Positions 20,082 to 28,970 of a DNA stretch of 64,000 nucleotides are shown here, one piece after another; within the stretch, counting starts at the first letter, position 1; each line of letters opens with the position of its first letter. A model generated the notes under the pieces. That model searched no databases. It was not told where the DNA came from and saw only the letters and a list, made by a program, of their open reading frames with translations. This DNA is from Nitrospinales bacterium (GTDB taxonomy: Bacteria; Nitrospinota; Nitrospinia; Nitrospinales; VA-1). The DNA is taken from the NCBI GenBank assembly GCA_965223795.1, contig CBDCXL010000001.1:288001-352000 (forward strand), written 5' to 3'. The position numbers and the translations under genes are program-made.

Positions 20082-20250
20082 ACAGTTCGTTTGTCATTGA
20101 GGAGCGGATGCCATGCCCCATCTGAATCGTTAAGCGCAGCTTTCCCTGGCCTTTCACTATATATCGTGTTTTTTCTTCGCGGTTTTACCGGCCCCCTCGC
20201 ATCCCCTTGAATTTCCCCATTCTATCGGCACGCGGATGCGGCGTTATCGA

Positions 20251-20279
20251 TTGACATTGGCGTGTCCGTCAATTAGAAT
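20251..20279 (+). promoter_or_regulatory. sigma70 promoter of the iron-uptake operon
   Basis: TTGACA-N17-TAGAAT. Confidence 0.75.
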
Positions 20280-20280
20280 T

Positions 20281-20299
20281 GATAACAATTCTCATTATT
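20281..20299 (+). promoter_or_regulatory. Fur box
   Basis: GATAACAATTCTCATTATT, 14/19 to GATAATGATAATCATTATC, over the predicted transcription start. Confidence 0.8.
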
Positions 20300-20400
20300 A
20301 ATATAGTGTTGCCATCGCGCTGTGTGCATTTGACAGCTTATTGATTCATAAACAGTTACCCCGTATTCATCGCCCAGCGGGATCTACAGGTGAATTTTCC

Positions 20401-22539
20401 ATGAACGAGCTTCCCTTGCGTGTCCTACCCATTTTGTTCGCGTTTCTCATGGGACTGCCTGCCACTTTTTCCGAAGCGGCTTCGGAGGCGGTCGAAAGCA
20501 AAATCAAAAAAATCGTGATGATGATGAACATCGTCACGATCGAGTACGGCGCGGCGGTGTCCGACGGCGCCATCGTCAACGCCGCGGAATACGAGGAAAG
20601 CCAGATTTTCCTGGAACAGTCGGCCAACCGGTTCAAGAAACTGCCGGCGGTCCCGGAGCAAAAAGACAAGCTTGCGGATATCGTCCAGCGGTTCGAAACG
20701 CTCAAAGGCAAGATCGAGCAGAAAGTGGACCCCAACGATGTGCTGTCGATGGCCGTGGCGATCAACAAGGACATCCTTGCGGTTTACGGTGTCAAGATCA
20801 ACGAAGCGCCCTCCACGCCGGTTTCGCTGGAGAACGGCAAACAGATTTATGTGTCGCGCTGCTCGGTGTGCCACGGCATGACCGGCAAGGGAGACGGCCC
20901 CATCGCGGGTCAGCTCGACCCGGCTCCGGCGGTGCTGGCGGACCCCGCCGTGACGGGCGATGCGGAAACGGTGGCGTATGACAATTTTCAGGTGATCAAC
21001 GTGGGCATCGCCAACACGGCGATGATCGGCTGGGCGGACCTGCTCACCGAGCCGGAGTTGTGGGACGTGACGTATTACATCCGCAGCTTCTCCAACGATC
21101 CGGTGCAGCTCCCGGCCGCGGGCGGCACCGCCGCCGCTCCAGCCACCGGTGGAACGGGAGCGCCGACGGCGCTGGCGGAAGCGGCGATCACAGAATCACG
21201 CGCCATTCTCAAGCAGGGGCTCGACGCGTTTCGCAACGGAAAAACCGTGGAAGCCACGGACCTGGTGTTCGACGCCTACCTTTCCTTCGAGCGGATCGAG
21301 AACGCCGTCATCAACAAGAATCAGGAACTGGGCCAAAAGCTGGAATCGAACTTCAACCGGCTGAGCGCGGAGATCAAGCGCAACGCCCCGCTGGACCTGG
21401 TGGAAGGGGTCGCCGCTGAGATCGAGACGGACCTCGACGCCGCGATCGGCGTGCTCAAGGAGAAAGTGAGTTTCGCCGGCCTGTTCATCCAGTCGTTTTC
21501 CATCATCGTGCGCGAGGGCTTCGAGGCGATCCTGATCATCGCCGCGCTGATCGCGTTTCTGGTCAAATCGCGCAACGAGGACAAGCTCAAATCGATTTAT
21601 ATCGGCGTGCTCGCCGGGATCGTCGGCAGTTTCATCACCGCCTACGTGGTGCAGGAAGTGCTGCACCTGAGCGCGGCGAGCCAGGAGGTGATGGAAGGCT
21701 GGATCATGCTCATCGCGGTGGTGGTGCTGTTCTGGGTGAGCTACTGGCTGGTGTCGAAGATCGAGGCGGAGAAATGGCAGTCCTATATCACCTCGAAGAT
21801 GAAAACGGCGGTTTCCACGGGCAGCGCGTTCACGCTCGGCGGCGTGGCGTTTTTGTCCGTGTACCGGGAAGGCTTCGAGACGGTGCTGTTCTACAAAGCG
21901 CTCTACCTGTACGCCGAGGGCGGCACGCAGGGCATCATCCCCGGGTTCATCGCGGGCTGCGCGGTGCTGGCGGTGGTGTACGTGCTGATCAACCGGCTCG
22001 GCGTGCGCGTTCCCATCAAATGGTTTTTCGGCTTCACCAGTGTGTTCCTCTACTTCATGGCCTTCGTGTTCATGGGCAAGGGGCTGCACGAACTGCAGAT
22101 GGGCAAACAGCTTTCGCTGACCCCGGCGGCATTCGTTCCGGAGATTCCGTGGATGGGCGTGTACCCCACCTGGGAGACGTTCATCGGGCAGATGGTGCTG
22201 GTGGCGGCGTTCGTGTTCGCGCTGGTCTACACGTTCGTCATCAAACCGGAAGCGCAGACGCGCCGGCTCAAGGAAGAGACCTCCAACATCCAGAAAGACA
22301 TTCACGTCGTTCACGATATGGTGGAGCACATCTCGCATCACGCCAAGCGCTGCGAGATTTTCCTCAAGGACACGAAGGACCAGGACCTGCAGGAACTTTC
22401 CGGGCACCTCAAGGAGATCGACGAAAAGGTGCACGAGCTGTTCGACCATGTCTCGTATGTGAAAAACCAGCTGCAGGATGAATACGAGAAGCTGGGCAGC
22501 GCGGCGTATTCCAGCGAAGAGAAGAAAGGGCTCTCTTGA
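20401..22539 (+). CDS. cytochrome c-fused FTR1/OFeT iron permease with extra C-terminal His/Cys module
   Basis: signal peptide, CSVCH heme c motif, two REGFE motifs, multiple TM helices. Confidence 0.92.
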   Translation: MNELPLRVLPILFAFLMGLPATFSEAASEAVESKIKKIVMMMNIVTIEYGAAVSDGAIVNAAEYEESQIFLEQSANRFKKLPAVPEQKDKLADIVQRFETLKGKIEQKVDPNDVLSMAVAINKDILAVYGVKINEAPSTPVSLENGKQIYVSRCSVCHGMTGKGDGPIAGQLDPAPAVLADPAVTGDAETVAYDNFQVINVGIANTAMIGWADLLTEPELWDVTYYIRSFSNDPVQLPAAGGTAAAPATGGTGAPTALAEAAITESRAILKQGLDAFRNGKTVEATDLVFDAYLSFERIENAVINKNQELGQKLESNFNRLSAEIKRNAPLDLVEGVAAEIETDLDAAIGVLKEKVSFAGLFIQSFSIIVREGFEAILIIAALIAFLVKSRNEDKLKSIYIGVLAGIVGSFITAYVVQEVLHLSAASQEVMEGWIMLIAVVVLFWVSYWLVSKIEAEKWQSYITSKMKTAVSTGSAFTLGGVAFLSVYREGFETVLFYKALYLYAEGGTQGIIPGFIAGCAVLAVVYVLINRLGVRVPIKWFFGFTSVFLYFMAFVFMGKGLHELQMGKQLSLTPAAFVPEIPWMGVYPTWETFIGQMVLVAAFVFALVYTFVIKPEAQTRRLKEETSNIQKDIHVVHDMVEHISHHAKRCEIFLKDTKDQDLQELSGHLKEIDEKVHELFDHVSYVKNQLQDEYEKLGSAAYSSEEKKGLS

Positions 22540-24071
22540 ACTTCCGCCTTTCCAGACACACGCGTCAGATCCACAAATGGATCGGACTGGTGTGCGCGTT
22601 CTTCTTCATCATTCTTTCCGTTTCCGGCGTCGTGCTCATGCACTATGAGGAACTGGGCCTCAACGGTGTCGAGGTGGACGGAAAATACCTGCCGGAAAAA
22701 TATTTCAAGGTGCAGACCCAGCGGCGCGCGATCCAGACGCTGCTGGTTGCGCCGTCCGATGCCTCCCGCATTTACGCCGGAACCGACCACGGCCTCTACC
22801 GCTCCTCCGATGCAGGCAAAAGCTGGACGGAAATCAATCAGGGACTGTTCAGCGCGGACATCCGCACGCTCGCGGCGGGAGAAGGACCGATCCTTTATGC
22901 GGGCACGCCGCAGGGGATTTTCAAGTCCGAGGACGGCGGCGACAACTGGACCGACTGGTTCGACGCGTCGAGCGGACTGGGCGAAGGCGCGGTGTCGCAC
23001 CTTGCGGTGCATCCTGTGGATGCGGCAAAGGTGTTCGCCGCGACGCAGACGGGGCTTTTTATTTCCGAAGACGAAGGCGATTCCTGGGAGCGGGCGTTTC
23101 CCGGTGCGGAAGCGCCGTCCGGACGCGCGGTGCGGCTGGTGCGTCTTTCCGCCGCCGATCCGGAGACGGTCTATCTCGTCGTCGAGCAGGGCACGTTTCG
23201 CAGCCGCGACGGCGGCAAATCGTTCCGGCAGGTGTGGGAGCGGGATCTCTCGATGGAGATCGCCGACCTCATATCGCTCAAGACCGACCCGGAGTTTTTG
23301 TATGCGGGGACGGAACAGGGGCTGATCAAATCGTTCAATGAAGGGCGCAGCTGGGTGCGCAACCCGCTGGATGAGCCGGTGCGCGCCCTCTTCCCGGTGC
23401 CCGGCAACGTTTCCAGCCTGTACGCGGCGACGGCGGAAGCCCTGTTTCACACGCAAAACGGCGGCAATTCCTGGGAGGAATTCGAATTCGACGGCTTCCA
23501 AGGCGCGCCTGTCACCCGCATCGCGCGCACGGCGGACGGCGCGCTGTTCGCCGGCACTTCCGCGGGGCTGTTCGTCTCGCGCAACGGCGGTAAACGCTGG
23601 CAGCCGATCGACCTGGCAGGCGGCGCCAACCGCCTGGCCGCCGCCGAGCGGAAGATGGATCTGGTCAAGCTGATCACGGAAATCCACACGGGACGGTTTT
23701 TCGGTTCGTATTTCATGCTGCTGGTGGATCTGGCGACGCTGGGGCTGCTGGTACTGGTGGCGACCGGGTTCGTGATCACGCTGTACCGGGCCAGCGTGAA
23801 AAAGCGCAAGCAGGTGAGCGTCGAGGAAGAACTGGAAACGGACCGGGTGATCGACATTCAGGAGACCGCGCGGGATCTGAGCAGCGAGAGCCTGGAGATC
23901 CACGACATGATCGAGCACATCGGCAACCATCTGGACAAATGCAAGTCGATCTACATGAAGCAGGAGAAAAAGGAAATCGAGGAGATAGACCGGCACATCA
24001 CCACGCTCGACAAGAAAGTGCATCACCTGATGCAGCGCATCGGCGAGTTCGAAAAGAATTCACAGAATTAA
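22536..24071 (+). CDS. PepSY-TM-type membrane protein with BNR/Asp-box beta-propeller and C-terminal His/Cys module
   Basis: IHKWIG + TM, repeated SxDxGxxW boxes, EIHTGRFFG + TM; TTG start overlaps the upstream TGA. Confidence 0.85.
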   Translation: MNFRLSRHTRQIHKWIGLVCAFFFIILSVSGVVLMHYEELGLNGVEVDGKYLPEKYFKVQTQRRAIQTLLVAPSDASRIYAGTDHGLYRSSDAGKSWTEINQGLFSADIRTLAAGEGPILYAGTPQGIFKSEDGGDNWTDWFDASSGLGEGAVSHLAVHPVDAAKVFAATQTGLFISEDEGDSWERAFPGAEAPSGRAVRLVRLSAADPETVYLVVEQGTFRSRDGGKSFRQVWERDLSMEIADLISLKTDPEFLYAGTEQGLIKSFNEGRSWVRNPLDEPVRALFPVPGNVSSLYAATAEALFHTQNGGNSWEEFEFDGFQGAPVTRIARTADGALFAGTSAGLFVSRNGGKRWQPIDLAGGANRLAAAERKMDLVKLITEIHTGRFFGSYFMLLVDLATLGLLVLVATGFVITLYRASVKKRKQVSVEEELETDRVIDIQETARDLSSESLEIHDMIEHIGNHLDKCKSIYMKQEKKEIEEIDRHITTLDKKVHHLMQRIGEFEKNSQN

Positions 24072-24145
24072 ATTAAAAGAATGCGGGCGGGTAACGCCAA
24101 AGGGTATGCGGGGAGAAAGGGTGTTTATGCGGGCAGGAACGCGGC

Positions 24146-24412
24146 TCAGTGAATGAGGCGCTTGCCCCGGCTTTTGGTCTGCTCGCAGGGATTCAGGTCG
24201 CGGGTGAAATCCATTTTCTTGAACTCATCCCAGTCGTCGCGGAACAGATTGAAGCCGACGTAATCGAGCGCCTGCATGATCTCGGAGTCGGTGTATTTTT
24301 CTTCGTCTTCCTTGTTGAGCTTGCGAATGGCTTCTTCGATCGACTCACAGATTTGGGCAAACCGCTCGTCGTCTTCAAACATCATGAAATTTTTCATAAA
24401 ATCGAAAGCCAT
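24146..24412 (-). CDS. small acidic hypothetical protein
   Basis: AAGGAGAGG RBS, 88 aa, follows the aldolase pair. Confidence 0.65.
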   Translation of the reverse strand: MAFDFMKNFMMFEDDERFAQICESIEEAIRKLNKEDEEKYTDSEIMQALDYVGFNLFRDDWDEFKKMDFTRDLNPCEQTKSRGKRLIH

Positions 24413-24453
24413 TTCCCCTCTCCTTTTTTGTGAGGACGGTCTGCCAAAGAAGT

Positions 24454-25110
24454 TTAGGGTATATTAGAGTAAAAATTCTTCACTGCCAATAAAAAATCTT
24501 CAATATCTTTTTGGATCGCGTCGTACTCTTTGTCTCGCATTCGGCTTGGGGATATGATCGATCCGCCCAGCGCCACCGCATCCGCTCCGCTGGATAAAAA
24601 TTCCGCGGCGTTCTTCGCATTCACACCGCCCACCGCGAGCAGCTTCAGTTTCTCAAACGGTCCTTTGACGGTGCGGAAATAACCCGAGCCCACCTGCGAC
24701 GCGGGGAACACCTTGACCATCTCGGCCCCGGCATTCCAGGCTTTTTCAATTTCAGTGGGCGTGAGTGCGCCGGGAAAGTACGCGGTGTTCTGTTCGCGGC
24801 AGTGTCCGGCCACCGCCTCGTTCAAGGTGGGCGCGACACAAAAACGCGCGCCGGAATCGACGGCGGTTTTCGCATCCGCTAAATTGAGAACGGTGCCGGC
24901 GCCGATGCAGAGCGAACCGGAAAAATTTTTCACCGATTTTTCAATCAGTCGCGCGGCGTCCGGCGTGTTGAGGGTGATTTCGACGAAATGCAGTCCCGCG
25001 GCGGCGACGGCTTCGAGCACGCCTTGAAGGGATGCGTCGGTGATGCCGCGGATGATGCCGAGAACCGGCAGTTTTTCAAACCGGGATGCGTCGAAACCCG
25101 AATCGGTCAT
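24454..25110 (-). CDS. eda: KHG/KDPG aldolase
   Basis: EITLNTP, IGAGTV, GALTPTEI, VKVFPA, VGGV. Confidence 0.9.
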   Translation of the reverse strand: MTDSGFDASRFEKLPVLGIIRGITDASLQGVLEAVAAAGLHFVEITLNTPDAARLIEKSVKNFSGSLCIGAGTVLNLADAKTAVDSGARFCVAPTLNEAVAGHCREQNTAYFPGALTPTEIEKAWNAGAEMVKVFPASQVGSGYFRTVKGPFEKLKLLAVGGVNAKNAAEFLSSGADAVALGGSIISPSRMRDKEYDAIQKDIEDFLLAVKNFYSNIP

Positions 25111-25118
25111 GGACGGGT

Positions 25119-26069
25119 TCAGACATTCGCTTCCGAAGTCAGCTTTTCATAAAAGGAGAGGTAGTTGTCCTTGTCTTCGGACTGCCGTAACTTCATGGCG
25201 GCGCGCGGATGCAGATCCAACACTCCGGTGATCATGTAGGGGATGGTGTAGCCCCACTCGATTTCCTGGCGCAGCTTGACGAAGTCGGATTCGAGCACCT
25301 CGAGAATGGGCCGCACGTCGAATTTCGGGTTTTTCAAAAAGCCCAGCAAAAGTTCCAGCGGGCAGTTGCCGGCGGCGCGGCCGATACCGAAAATGGTGCC
25401 GTCGAGGTAGTTGATGTTGCGGATGATGGCCTCGATGGTGTTGGCGAAGGCCAGCTGCTGGTTGTTGTGCGCGTGGATGCCGATCTCGCGGGTGCTCAGG
25501 GCGGATTTGTATTTGTCGGCGAGGTAGGCGATCTGCTCGGAATACAGCGCGCCGAAGCTGTCCACCAGATACACCACATCGACGCCGCTTTCCTTTTCGA
25601 TCTGTTCCAGGGCTTCGTCCAGCTCGCGTTCGCGCGCGTGCGAAACCGCCATGATGTTGATGGTGGTTTCGTAGCCTTTCGCCTTGATGCTGTTGACCAG
25701 GTCGATGGCCTTGTCGATGTCCTTGACGTAGGAGGCGACGCGCATCATGTCCGCATAGCTTTCGGATGCGGGCACGATGTCCTTGGGATCGAAACGGCCG
25801 ATGTCGGCCATCACGGAAATTTTACATTTCTTTTCTGTGTTGCCGATGACGTTTTCCAGGTCTTTTTCCGAGCAGAATTTCATCGGCCCGTATTCATCCC
25901 GCTTGAACTGTTTTTCGTCCGCCTTGTAGCCCAGTTCCATATAATCCACGCCGGAATTGTTGATGGCGCGGAACACACGCTGCACCATGCCGTCGTCGAA
26001 TTGGTGATTGTTCATCAATCCGCCGTCGCGGATCGTGCAGTCGAGGACTTTAATTTCTTTACGAAACAT
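25119..26069 (-). CDS. DRE-TIM metallolyase, 4-hydroxy-2-oxovalerate aldolase-like catalytic domain
   Basis: LDCTIRDGG, DSFG, GIHAHNN, GIGRAAGNCPLE. Confidence 0.85.
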   Translation of the reverse strand: MFRKEIKVLDCTIRDGGLMNNHQFDDGMVQRVFRAINNSGVDYMELGYKADEKQFKRDEYGPMKFCSEKDLENVIGNTEKKCKISVMADIGRFDPKDIVPASESYADMMRVASYVKDIDKAIDLVNSIKAKGYETTINIMAVSHARERELDEALEQIEKESGVDVVYLVDSFGALYSEQIAYLADKYKSALSTREIGIHAHNNQQLAFANTIEAIIRNINYLDGTIFGIGRAAGNCPLELLLGFLKNPKFDVRPILEVLESDFVKLRQEIEWGYTIPYMITGVLDLHPRAAMKLRQSEDKDNYLSFYEKLTSEANV

Positions 26070-26308
26070 GCCGGTTCACTCCCCGGGGGGTCGCCCCGGA
26101 ATAAAAGTATGATTAAAAAAGGATTTTCGACCAAATGAGTTGATTTCGTCGATTATATTTTGATTAAATCGGGGGGTCAATTCAATTATCGAAAATTTTC
26201 ACGTTCCAGAACCGGAACAACCAACCATTTTTCAAATCTCTCGGATAATCCGGACGCGGTTTCGGGCAACGGAAACCCGGCCGCATTCTCATTTGCAAAA
26301 GGGGACGC

Positions 26309-26722
26309 ATGAACCACTGGCTGGTCAAACAGGAACCTTCGAAGTACAGCTGGGAGCAATTTGTCGAAGATGGAAGCACTTACTGGGACGGCGTGCGCAA
26401 TTACCAGGCGCGCAACAACCTCAAGGCCATGAAAAAGGGCGACCGGGTGCTGTTTTACCACAGCGTCACGGGCAAGGATGTCCGCGGCATCGCCGAGGTC
26501 ACAAAGCAGGCCTATCCGGACCCAACCACCGATGACGAACGCTGGGTGGTCGTCGACCTGAAACCGCTGCGGCCGATGAAAACCGCGGTCACGCTGGAGG
26601 ACATCAAGGCGCATCCGGACCTCAAGGACATCGCGCTGGTGAAGCAGAGCCGGCTTTCGGTGATGCCGATCACGAAGAAGGAGTTTCAGACCATTCTGAA
26701 ACTGGGAAACACCGCGCTTTGA
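26309..26722 (+). CDS. EVE domain protein
   Basis: WLVKQEP, WDGVRNYQARN, FYHS, SRLSVMP. Confidence 0.95.
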   Translation: MNHWLVKQEPSKYSWEQFVEDGSTYWDGVRNYQARNNLKAMKKGDRVLFYHSVTGKDVRGIAEVTKQAYPDPTTDDERWVVVDLKPLRPMKTAVTLEDIKAHPDLKDIALVKQSRLSVMPITKKEFQTILKLGNTAL

Positions 26723-26874
26723 GCCGACGGACGAGGGTTTTCCTGTCGCGGCCGCAACGTGAAACCGGTTTTAGGCATTGACTCGGCTCGGCCGGCGGGT
26801 ATAGATTGGGCTTTTCTGTTTTGCGGGCCCGGCTCGCAGGACTCCGGGCTCCCGGTACGCGGAGGGGACATGCG

Positions 26875-27132
26875 ATGACGGCAGCGATGCAGGCGCTGAT
26901 ATTGGTGGTAGCGTTGTTTTTTTGGGGCTGTTCTGAGAACAAAAGCACGCCCGTGCCGTCGGCGGCGCCCAAAACCACGGCGCCTCCCGTTTCTTCTACG
27001 CCCGCCAATAAAGAGGAGCATTTGAGCGGCAGTGAAACCCTCAGCGAAATCCAGCCACCGGAAACGCCGGGACACATCTCCGGCGCCGAACAGGGCCCCG
27101 GCTCCTCCCGGCAGCACGTCAGCGGCAATTGA
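26875..27132 (+). CDS. small Pro/Ser-rich putative lipoprotein
   Basis: GGAGGGG RBS, FWGC lipobox-like site; overlaps the next ORF. Confidence 0.45.
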   Translation: MTAAMQALILVVALFFWGCSENKSTPVPSAAPKTTAPPVSSTPANKEEHLSGSETLSEIQPPETPGHISGAEQGPGSSRQHVSGN

Positions 27133-27793
27133 TCCGCTCCTGAGCGGCCTCGCCATCGCGGGCTTACTCCTTTACAGTCTCATTCTTCCTGGTTATGCAC
27201 AGGCGGAGCCCTGCCGGGACGCGATCGTTCCTTTGGAGACGCAGCGCGACGCGGTGGCCGAGAAGGACGGTCTGTGGACCCTGTTCGAACGGTCCGCCGC
27301 TTTGAGAGACGATTCCAGCCTGGCCATGCAGGCCGATTCCAGCATCAACAAGCTGATCGAAAACCTGATTTATCTTTGCGAGACGCAAAAAGGCGTGCCG
27401 CTGACCGAGCTTGCGGATTTTGTGCAGCGCAAGGTGGCGGTCCAGGGTCCGGAACGGTTCAAGCAGGAAATGGTGACCCTCGGCAAGCCGCCGAACGAAA
27501 TCGACGTGTGGATCGATTACGCGCGCTTTGCGGTGCGCAACCAGACGCGGACCCTGAAGCCGGAGACGATCCGCGCTTCGATCGCCGAGGGGAAAAAGCT
27601 GATGGACGCCTACGTGCGCATCGCCGGGCAGGTGGAGAATGCAAGCGACCCCGCCGCCCTGCGCGCGGATTTCCTGAGATTCAAGCAGAACCTGGAGCGC
27701 TTTTTCGACTCCGATCCCTATGTCTCTAAGGCCGTCCGGGAAAACGCCCGCGTTCCCTACTGGGACGTCGATGAAAACCACGGCGGTTCCTGA
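27032..27793 (+). CDS. secreted helical hypothetical protein
   Basis: hydrophobic segment ending AQA-E; true start unclear. Confidence 0.7.
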   Translation: MKPSAKSSHRKRRDTSPAPNRAPAPPGSTSAAIDPLLSGLAIAGLLLYSLILPGYAQAEPCRDAIVPLETQRDAVAEKDGLWTLFERSAALRDDSSLAMQADSSINKLIENLIYLCETQKGVPLTELADFVQRKVAVQGPERFKQEMVTLGKPPNEIDVWIDYARFAVRNQTRTLKPETIRASIAEGKKLMDAYVRIAGQVENASDPAALRADFLRFKQNLERFFDSDPYVSKAVRENARVPYWDVDENHGGS

Positions 27794-27944
27794 CCGCTCC
27801 TTAAACCGTGGATTCCGCCGCGAGTCCGCCTTGTTACTTCAGGCCCGCAGCCTTAAATGGCGGGCGCGGTAAAAATTTGTGATTCGTTGAAAAAAGCTTA
27901 TACTCGGGTCCGATTTGCAACCGACACTCGATGGAGGACACACG

Positions 27945-28748
27945 ATGGGGAATTTTCTGGTGATTGGCGGGACGGGGGTCATGGGCAGCGCGGCGATCCA
28001 GGCGGTGCGGGAGAAATTCGGCGCGGACGCCCGCATTCTGGCGAACTGGTACGGCAAGGAAGAGCCGGGATTCGAGATCGAAGGTGCGGATCAGACGCTG
28101 TTCGGCGACATCACCGACCCCAAGCTGCTCGATTCTATCCGCGCGTTCGATTCGGGCGCGTTCGAGTACCTGTTCTACGCCACCGCGCTGGGGGACGTGG
28201 GAACGCCCATCAAGGACGCGACGCAGGAGCAGATCGACCATTCCAACCGGCTGTCCTTTGACCCGATCGCGAAACTGGAAGCGGAGCTGGACGTCAAGAC
28301 CGTCGTCACCTACTCCACGTTCTACACCATCCGGCACCAGCTCGCCACCTATGGCGCGATGGGGCATTCCAAGGAAGCCATCGAAAAATGGACGGTGGAA
28401 ACGGGAAAATCCCACCGCGCCTGCATCCGGGCGGGCCTGTTCGAATCACCCTCGTCGCGCGGCATCAAGCTTTTGCTGCGCAAAACCGCCAAGAAGCCGG
28501 AAAACCTGAAGGACCCGCTGTTGATCTCCTATTTCGAGGGCGTTCCTTCCAGCCAGGGCATCAAGCGTTTCGAGGAAGGCATCTTCACCGAGGAGAAAGA
28601 GGTGTACGGCGACGCCCGCACTACGCAGGAAGATCTGTACCGTGCACATCTGGAGTTGTTCAATACCCAGAAACCGGTATTTGTGAACGTGTGCGGCAAG
28701 AAAATCTGGCACTCGAATGAGCCGCTTTTGTTGCGGGATTTCCTGTAA
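27945..28748 (+). CDS. divergent SDR-fold oxidoreductase, possible enoyl-ACP reductase
   Basis: Rossmann LVIGGTGVMG; YGAMGHSK (YxxMxxxK); GGAGG RBS. Confidence 0.6.
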   Translation: MGNFLVIGGTGVMGSAAIQAVREKFGADARILANWYGKEEPGFEIEGADQTLFGDITDPKLLDSIRAFDSGAFEYLFYATALGDVGTPIKDATQEQIDHSNRLSFDPIAKLEAELDVKTVVTYSTFYTIRHQLATYGAMGHSKEAIEKWTVETGKSHRACIRAGLFESPSSRGIKLLLRKTAKKPENLKDPLLISYFEGVPSSQGIKRFEEGIFTEEKEVYGDARTTQEDLYRAHLELFNTQKPVFVNVCGKKIWHSNEPLLLRDFL

Positions 28749-28970
28749 AACCGGGGCTCCGCCCGGAGCCGGTAAGGCGCGGATTCTCAGCGATTCTCGG
28801 ACTTCCGAATCGTTTTTAATCTATAGAAAAACAATACTTTATGGCAATTTCCGGTAAATTGATTTATATTCAAGTATTCAGTATATCGAATTGCCGGAAA
28901 CTCACGCGCCTTACCCGAACCGGCGGGAAGGCGGTATTGGCGTCACCCCATCCTGCACCACAGGCTTTGT

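Noticed and set aside
28750..28970. possible c-di-GMP riboswitch upstream of the HD-GYP gene
   Set aside because: Only short inverted repeats; the conserved class I or II riboswitch elements were not found.
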